IMG/VR virus record: IMGVR_UViG_3300034093_003283 | DNA: 64,000 nucleotides | Direction: 5' to 3' (one strand) | Origin: a virus | Part shown: positions 57,876 through 64,000 of the stretch, one piece after another | Numbering within the stretch: the first letter of the stretch is position 1 | Layout of the letters: the number at the start of each line of letters is the position of its first letter | The notes under the pieces: model-generated | What the model was told of the DNA's origin: nothing | Databases searched by the model: none | Seen by the model: the letters and a program-made list of their open reading frames with translations, nothing else | Position numbers and translations under genes: made by a program

Positions 57876-58652
57876 ATGGCAAAAACAATCATAACAAGAA
57901 CGGCATTCAAAGATTATTGCTTGCGTAGGTTAGGATTTCCAGTAATCGAAATCAACGTTGATGATGACCAGGTAGAAGACCGTATTGATGATGCACTTCA
58001 ATACTGGCAGGATTACCATTTTGATGGTCTACAAAAAGTATATTATATTAAAAAAATTGACCAAACAGATATAGACAATAGATACTTGAACATATCTCAG
58101 GCCAAAGATTCATCAAACAATGCATTACAGATTGCTGGTATAACCAGAATATTTCCTATTTCCGATTCACTATCTCAGGTCAATATGTTTGATTTGAGGT
58201 ATCAACTACGTTTAAATGAATTGTATGATTTCACCTCAGCATCATACATCAACTATACAATGACATTGCAACATCTACGTATGTTGGAACAATTGTTCTC
58301 CGGTGAGGTTCCTATTAGATTCCAAAGACATATGCAAAGACTGTATATTGATTGGAGTTGGGGTCGCAGTGAGGCACCAATTGGTACAACAGTCATTGCA
58401 GAGTGTTATGCAGTGATTGATCCAGAAGTGTACACACAGGCTTGGAACGACCGTTGGTTGAAAGAGTATGCAACAGCACTTATCAAACGTTCATGGGGCA
58501 ACAACCTTAAAAAGTTTAGTGGCATTCAATTGCCCGGTGGTGTTATGTTGAATGGTGATAAGATTTACGAAGAAGCCAAATCAGAGATTGATGCACTACA
58601 TGCAGAAATTGGTGACAAATATGGTGCACCATTAGAATTTATGATGAACTAA
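57876..58652 (+). CDS. gp13: Neck protein gp13
   Basis: DYCLRRLG.PVIEINVDDDQ.EDRIDDALQY...YHFDG, W.DRWLK.YATALIK..WG.NL.KF.G.QLPGGV.LNG. Confidence 0.95.
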   Translation: MAKTIITRTAFKDYCLRRLGFPVIEINVDDDQVEDRIDDALQYWQDYHFDGLQKVYYIKKIDQTDIDNRYLNISQAKDSSNNALQIAGITRIFPISDSLSQVNMFDLRYQLRLNELYDFTSASYINYTMTLQHLRMLEQLFSGEVPIRFQRHMQRLYIDWSWGRSEAPIGTTVIAECYAVIDPEVYTQAWNDRWLKEYATALIKRSWGNNLKKFSGIQLPGGVMLNGDKIYEEAKSEIDALHAEIGDKYGAPLEFMMN

Positions 58653-58653
58653 T

Positions 58654-59535
58654 ATGGCAACCAGTGTATACTTCAATAACTACAACTCTCTTGCTGAACA
58701 GAGGGTAATTGAAGACTTGATTGTTGAATCAATCAAGATTATGGGTTTTGACGCATACTATTTACCTATTGAGAATGAGGAAGATAGAGACATTCTTTAT
58801 GGTGAAGATCCAATTAAGAAATTTAGTTCTGCATTTCCAATTGAATTCTATCTATCCAGTTCAATGGAATACGGTGGTGAAAAAGAATTCTTCTCAAAAT
58901 TTGGGCTCGAGATTAAAAACAATATTAATATTATATTGTCAAAGCGTTCTTTCTCTCAAAGAGTACCACAAGACAGATTCAATAGACCCCGTGAAGGTGA
59001 TTTGGTCTATGTACCATTTTTAAATGGCACTGGTGAATTGTTTGAGATTAAATTTACTAATCAAACTAAAGATTTCTTTATGTTAGGCCGCAAGATTCCA
59101 TATTTCTATGAATTGGAACTAGAGAAATTCAAGTACTCACAAGAAGTTATCGACACTGGTGTGGAAGATATTGATGATGTGATGATTCAATCAAGTTACA
59201 CAATTGACCTGAATACTGGCACTGGCACAGGAACATATGTTCCTAGAGAAATTGTATTTCAATCTACTGACCGCACACAAGCAAACGCATCTGTGGTTGC
59301 AATAGTACAAGACTGGAACACTGTTAATGATATATTGAAAGTAACAAATGTTGCTGGTGAATTTGCCAATAACGTTGCAATCATTGGTGCAACAAGCAAT
59401 GCACAATACTATCTATCATCATACAATCCATTAAAAGATAGTACAAGAAATGAAGCCTATGATAATGAATATCTGTTTGATAATGCAAATAATATTATAG
59501 ATTTCACAGAAACTAATCCGTTTGGAAAAATATAA
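58654..59535 (+). CDS. gp14: Neck protein gp14
   Basis: EQ...EDL..ESI...G.D.YYLP, D...GED...KF, FSKFGLEI, RPREGDL.Y.P, F.YS.E.IDTG, DF.E.NPFG. Confidence 0.95.
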   Translation: MATSVYFNNYNSLAEQRVIEDLIVESIKIMGFDAYYLPIENEEDRDILYGEDPIKKFSSAFPIEFYLSSSMEYGGEKEFFSKFGLEIKNNINIILSKRSFSQRVPQDRFNRPREGDLVYVPFLNGTGELFEIKFTNQTKDFFMLGRKIPYFYELELEKFKYSQEVIDTGVEDIDDVMIQSSYTIDLNTGTGTGTYVPREIVFQSTDRTQANASVVAIVQDWNTVNDILKVTNVAGEFANNVAIIGATSNAQYYLSSYNPLKDSTRNEAYDNEYLFDNANNIIDFTETNPFGKI

Positions 59536-60554
59536 TGTCAACATATAATCGTGTCATCAGAAAATTAGTTGTTGGATTTGGTAATCTTTTTGACAACATA
59601 ACACTATACAGATTCAAAATAGATGAGACCGAATCTGAGAGGTTCATTGTTCCTATTACATATGCAACCAAAGAACGTTATGTTATGAGACTTGAAGCGG
59701 ATTCAGAACTAGACAAAAAGGTACAAATAACTCTACCAAGAATGTCATTTGAAATGGCCGGGCTTACATATGATGCTAGTAGAAAACAAAATACCAACAT
59801 CAAAAATTTTAAAGGAACAAATTCTGCAACCGGAGTTATTGCACAATACAATCCTGTACCATATAATTTTGATTTTAATCTATACATCTATGTAAGAAAT
59901 ATTGAAGACGGTACACAAATTATCGAACACATACTACCATTCTTTACACCAGACTACACAATCAAATTAAATTTGATTCCTGAAATGGGTATTGTTAAAG
60001 AAGTACCAATAATTTTGAATTCAACTTCACATGATATTATTTACGAAGGCGGTAGAGAAAATGAAACCAGAATGATAATCTGGACATTAAACTTTACAGT
60101 CAAAGGTTTTGTATTTGGTAAGACCACCGAAACTGGTGTTATTAATCGTGCATTTGTTTCGGTGTACAATCTAATTACCGAAGAAGATGTTGTTGAATTT
60201 AATTTGAATTTAGATTCTGGTTTTGGTACATACAAAGTTGGTGAAAAAGTATATCAAGGATATACATCAGATGATGTATCAGCAACAGGAATTGTTGTGC
60301 AATTTAAAGACAACCTACTTAGATTAAAAGCACTAACAGGAAACTTTGTATCCGATAAACCTATATACGGTATTAATACTTTGGCAAACTATAAATTCAC
60401 CACATACAATCTGAACCCATTGAAATTTGTTGAAGTGGATGCTGTTGGTAGAGTATCTACAGATATCGACTTTATGACTGTTGATAAAGTTGACGCTAAG
60501 GTTGACAACACACTAAATGAAGTCTTGACAATTAACAAGGCTGCAAACCAATAA
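59535..60554 (+). CDS. gp15: Tail sheath stabiliser / terminator gp15 with C-terminal extension
   Basis: IRK.VV.FG.LF..I, VPI.Y..KE, LPRMSFE.....YD..RK, PVPY...F.L.I......DG.QI.E.ILPFF.P, WTL.FT.KG. Confidence 0.95.
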   Translation: MSTYNRVIRKLVVGFGNLFDNITLYRFKIDETESERFIVPITYATKERYVMRLEADSELDKKVQITLPRMSFEMAGLTYDASRKQNTNIKNFKGTNSATGVIAQYNPVPYNFDFNLYIYVRNIEDGTQIIEHILPFFTPDYTIKLNLIPEMGIVKEVPIILNSTSHDIIYEGGRENETRMIIWTLNFTVKGFVFGKTTETGVINRAFVSVYNLITEEDVVEFNLNLDSGFGTYKVGEKVYQGYTSDDVSATGIVVQFKDNLLRLKALTGNFVSDKPIYGINTLANYKFTTYNLNPLKFVEVDAVGRVSTDIDFMTVDKVDAKVDNTLNEVLTINKAANQ

Positions 60555-60574
60555 ACATCAAATGAGAGAAATAA

Positions 60575-62302
60575 ATGGCTAAACAAACAATCAATATTGG
60601 TATTAGAGCAAATGATGGTAAAGGCGATACACTAAGAACCGCATTTGTTAAATCAAATGACAACTTTACTGAGTTGTATACCAACGTTTCCAATAATGCC
60701 AATACCTCAAACTCATTATCAGCAAACAATGCCGCTACAGCACAAGGGGCTTTCAACAAAGCCAATTCTGTTTTCTTAGGTGATATCAGTTTTACCGATA
60801 CCATAATGTATAGTAATACAAAAGTGGAAATTGGTAATGATCGCCACAACGAAAAAGCTTGGGGTTTATTGTATGGCCAATTAACAACTCAAGCAGCAAA
60901 TACATATGGGCACAGTGTTGCATACGATTCAGCCAATAACATTTATGTTGCACTGACAACACAGAATCTATCTACAGGTTTCCCGCAATCAACAATTGTG
61001 AAATTTGATGCAACAGGTGAAATATTCTGGTCACGTTCTGTGCCAGCAAACACCTCATATGGCAGTTTTGCCGAATCATTAGACATTGATGCAAACAACA
61101 ATGTTTATTTGTTAACAAATATTCCAGGTAATTTTTCAACTTTAGTTACCAAATTTAATTATCTTGGCCAAAATGTTTGGAGTTCCATGGTTGAAGATGC
61201 CATGGGTTCTGTGGACATTACTGTTGATGACCAAGGATTTCCATACTTTGTTGGTGAACATAACCTGTTAACTGGTCTTGATAATACAGGTGAACTATTG
61301 TTTACCTACTTTACCTCACAAACAGAATCCACAAATGCATTTTGTTGTTTAGCATTACCAAATGAATATGGTGTTTTAGTTGGTTCTGCAAATGGAAAAG
61401 TTCATAAGTTTGATACAGAAGGTGTTTATATTTGGACAAACAATGTTGATGTAAATGGCAATACAATTATAAGTTTGACTTCTGATACATCAAATAATTG
61501 GTACGCAGCATCAAATACTAACATTTATAAATTTAGATCCAATAATCAATTGTTATGGGAAAAAAGTATAACTGGTATCACAACACCAAAAATAAATTGG
61601 ATCAAACATAAAGACGATTATCTATATGTGAATGGTGCAACAGTAGATGCAAACAATCAGGCAGCATTCATTACTTACAAAATTGATGCAAATGGTGCAT
61701 TGGTTTGGGCCAAGGCATTAGAAATTGCAAATGCAAATCAAACAATTAGATTTGGACACAGACAACTAGATGTTTCTGGTGATTATTTTGTTGGTATTGG
61801 TTATAACAAATCATCAAGTGTCGCAAACACAAATGCAGTTGTTTATCAATTACCTGTAGATGGTTCTCTATCGGGCACATACCTTGGTGCAAATGGTAGT
61901 TCTTGGGGTGATTTTACATATGTCGGTATACCCGAAGCAAACACGGCAACAAGTACAACTGTTGGTAGTGGCAACACAACCGTAACGATTGCAGAAAATA
62001 CAGACTATACAGAAACAATGAATGTAATTGTCTATACAAGTCCTGATGGACGATATGGAAAATCTGTAACGCAGCTGAAACAAAAATGGCAATTCAATTC
62101 TAATGGTAAAATAATACTACCGTCTTCTGGTGATCCAACAGGCGTAGATTTGAGCGGTAAAAATATTGTAAATACAGGAAATGTTATATTTACAAATGGC
62201 ACAACACAAAGAGCTGCAGCACTACCTCTTGCAAACTTGAAAGTAATTGTTGCTGCATCATCCAGTTTTGCCGATTTTCAGAGTAGAATTGCAGCATTAT
62301 AA
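60575..62302 (+). CDS. Virion protein with gp9/gp10-like N-terminal anchor and beta-propeller
   Basis: KQ.INIG..ANDG.GD.LR.AF.K.N.NF.ELY resembles the T4 gp10/gp9 N-terminus. Repeated D..NN.Y....., KFD..G...W blades follow. Confidence 0.7.
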   Translation: MAKQTINIGIRANDGKGDTLRTAFVKSNDNFTELYTNVSNNANTSNSLSANNAATAQGAFNKANSVFLGDISFTDTIMYSNTKVEIGNDRHNEKAWGLLYGQLTTQAANTYGHSVAYDSANNIYVALTTQNLSTGFPQSTIVKFDATGEIFWSRSVPANTSYGSFAESLDIDANNNVYLLTNIPGNFSTLVTKFNYLGQNVWSSMVEDAMGSVDITVDDQGFPYFVGEHNLLTGLDNTGELLFTYFTSQTESTNAFCCLALPNEYGVLVGSANGKVHKFDTEGVYIWTNNVDVNGNTIISLTSDTSNNWYAASNTNIYKFRSNNQLLWEKSITGITTPKINWIKHKDDYLYVNGATVDANNQAAFITYKIDANGALVWAKALEIANANQTIRFGHRQLDVSGDYFVGIGYNKSSSVANTNAVVYQLPVDGSLSGTYLGANGSSWGDFTYVGIPEANTATSTTVGSGNTTVTIAENTDYTETMNVIVYTSPDGRYGKSVTQLKQKWQFNSNGKIILPSSGDPTGVDLSGKNIVNTGNVIFTNGTTQRAAALPLANLKVIVAASSSFADFQSRIAAL

Positions 62303-62316
62303 TTAATTTAAAAACT

Positions 62317-62730
62317 ATGAATACATTTGACAAGAACATGGAAAAATTATTTGATGTAACACCGGTAGAACAAAAAGAAAAACCTTTGTTGCCGGTGGTT
62401 ACAAAATCTGAAAACGGTCCAGATTTAAAAAATGATTTGGAAGATGCATATAACCAAACAAAAGATAATCTACAGGAATTAATTGACCAAGGCAAAGAAG
62501 CCATGGAAGAAATACTCAACATTGCGAAAGCAGGACAACATCCTAGGGCATTTGAGGTATATGGTACACTGTTGAAAAATGTGGTAGATGCAAATAAGGA
62601 ACTACTTGCAGTACAAAAACAAATGCGTACAATGGATGGTAAACCAAAAGAAGGTGATACCAAGATTGACAAAGCCATCTTTGTTGGTTCAACCGCAGAA
62701 CTGAACAAGTTACTTAAAGGTAAAGAATGA
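62317..62730 (+). CDS. gp16: Terminase small subunit gp16
   Basis: D....Y.....NL..LI..G..A......A....HPRAFEV...L.K...D.N..LL, IFVGSTAEL.K.L. Confidence 0.95.
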   Translation: MNTFDKNMEKLFDVTPVEQKEKPLLPVVTKSENGPDLKNDLEDAYNQTKDNLQELIDQGKEAMEEILNIAKAGQHPRAFEVYGTLLKNVVDANKELLAVQKQMRTMDGKPKEGDTKIDKAIFVGSTAELNKLLKGKE

Positions 62731-64000
62731 GTGGTGATTTAAGATTTGGTGAAGCGTATAGAGATAATCCTTTACTTAAAAAAGCTGGCGTCAAGGTAGA
62801 ATATACTCAAGAACAAGTTGATGAATACATTAAGTGTAAAAACGACCCAATCTATTTTGCAAAAAATTATATCAAAATTGTGAACGTTGATGAGGGTTTG
62901 ATTAATTTTAGTATGTGGCCGTTTCAAGAGGAAATGCTTAAATTATTTGCAAGCAATCGTTTTGTTATTACCAAATGTCCCCGTCAGGTTGGTAAGACAA
63001 CCACAACTGTTGCATATATGTTGTGGGAAACTATCTTCAAAGATACACAAAACTGTGCAGTATTGGCCAACAAAGGTTCTTTGGCAAGAGATATTTTGGC
63101 CAAGTATCAACTTGCATATGAAAATCTACCTATGTGGTTGCAACAAGGTGTGGTTACCTGGAACAAAGGTAACGTAGAACTAGAGAATGGTTCTAAGATT
63201 ATTGCTGCATCCACATCAAGTTCCGCCATTCGTGGTGGTGCATTTAACATTGTATTCTTGGACGAATTTGCTTTCGTTCCAACAAATATTGCGGAAGAAT
63301 TCTTTAACTCTGTTTACCCTGTAATTTCATCAGGTAAAAAGACAAAAATTATTATTGTGTCTACACCTAATGGTATGAATCTATTCTACAAACTGTGGAT
63401 GGATTCAATCAACAAGAAGAATGATTATAAACCATTTGAAATTCACTGGTCTATGGTACCAGGTCGTGACGAAAAATGGAAAGAAGAAACAATCCGAAAC
63501 ACCTCAGAGAGACAATTCAAACAAGAGTTTGAAACCGAGTTCTTGGGTTCTTCTAACACATTGGTTTCGGGTTACAAGTTGCAACAATTGGTCTATGTAG
63601 ATCCAGTTGCCAACCACGATTTGTTAAAAATCTATGAACATCCAGTCAAAGAAGGTGTCAACGAATCTAAATCCGACCACCTATATTGTATAACAGTGGA
63701 TGTATCTGAGGGTAAGAACCTAGACAGTTCAGCGTTTTCTGTTATTGACATTTCGCAGACACCATACAAACAGGTGGCCACATATAAGAGTTCGTCTATC
63801 ACACCAATATTGTTTCCTACGGTCATCTACAATACAGCCAGATACTACAACGATGCATATATTCTGGTAGAAATTAATAACAATCCACAAGTGGCAGACT
63901 CTTTACACTCGGATTTTGAATATGAGAATCTGTGGAAAATATTTACAGGCAACAAGAAACCCCAACAATTGTCTGCTGGTTTTGCTCGGGGCATTCAAAT
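62727..64000 (+). CDS. gp17: Terminase large subunit gp17 (3'-truncated by the window)
   Basis: Not in the ORF track. ATG at 62727 overlaps the gp16 stop. Translation gives Y..NP.LKKA, KC..DPIYF..NY.KI, Walker A PRQVGKTT, Walker B FLDEFAF, STPNG.N.FY, QEFE..F.GS and the nuclease VDVSEG...D.S. Confidence 0.97.
   Translation, partial: MSGDLRFGEAYRDNPLLKKAGVKVEYTQEQVDEYIKCKNDPIYFAKNYIKIVNVDEGLINFSMWPFQEEMLKLFASNRFVITKCPRQVGKTTTTVAYMLWETIFKDTQNCAVLANKGSLARDILAKYQLAYENLPMWLQQGVVTWNKGNVELENGSKIIAASTSSSAIRGGAFNIVFLDEFAFVPTNIAEEFFNSVYPVISSGKKTKIIIVSTPNGMNLFYKLWMDSINKKNDYKPFEIHWSMVPGRDEKWKEETIRNTSERQFKQEFETEFLGSSNTLVSGYKLQQLVYVDPVANHDLLKIYEHPVKEGVNESKSDHLYCITVDVSEGKNLDSSAFSVIDISQTPYKQVATYKSSSITPILFPTVIYNTARYYNDAYILVEINNNPQVADSLHSDFEYENLWKIFTGNKKPQQLSAGFARGIQ

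Noticed and set aside
1-64000. Stop-codon reassignment
   Set aside because: Core genes are full length under the standard code and gene packing is tight.
62727-64000. Intron or intein in the terminase large subunit
   Set aside because: The reading frame appears continuous and motif spacing looks normal up to the window edge.

Overview
The window is an AT-rich, densely coding 64 kb segment of a T4-like (Tevenvirinae/Kyanoviridae-type) myovirus genome and covers the virion morphogenesis region. A short leftward block (1-4925) holds a truncated gene, a K/A/P-repeat protein with a GH19 muramidase domain, and gp51, gp26, a gp54/tube-like gene, gp2 and gp4. A long rightward block holds gp48, gp53, a hub protein, a short gp5, gp25, gp6, a gp7-like protein and gp8. 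About 40 kb of accessory fibre/adhesin genes follow, then gp13, gp14, gp15, a gp9/gp10-like-N-terminus propeller protein, gp16 and a truncated gp17. I found no tRNA, rRNA, CRISPR array, integrase, transposase, reverse transcriptase or homing endonuclease. Main observations: (1) the ~25 fibre genes appear to follow a docking grammar in which short C-terminal peptides (DGGxF, AFTIAFS, PFLLMGA, KAIAMSIVFGF, LITEDG) sit next to genes with specific N-terminal partner domains or ~110-aa adaptors, suggesting a branched, modular, recombination-swappable receptor-binding appendage; (2) an unexplained 78-bp non-coding element occurs twice (61/78 identity, gapless), each copy directly upstream of a late promoter; (3) a T-TTT-TTC -1 slippery site would fuse gp26 to gp51, as in lambda G/G-T tail chaperones; (4) late-promoter geometry suggests leaderless mRNAs and RBS-sequestering hairpins. 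All product calls come from motif recognition and synteny by eye. No database search was run.
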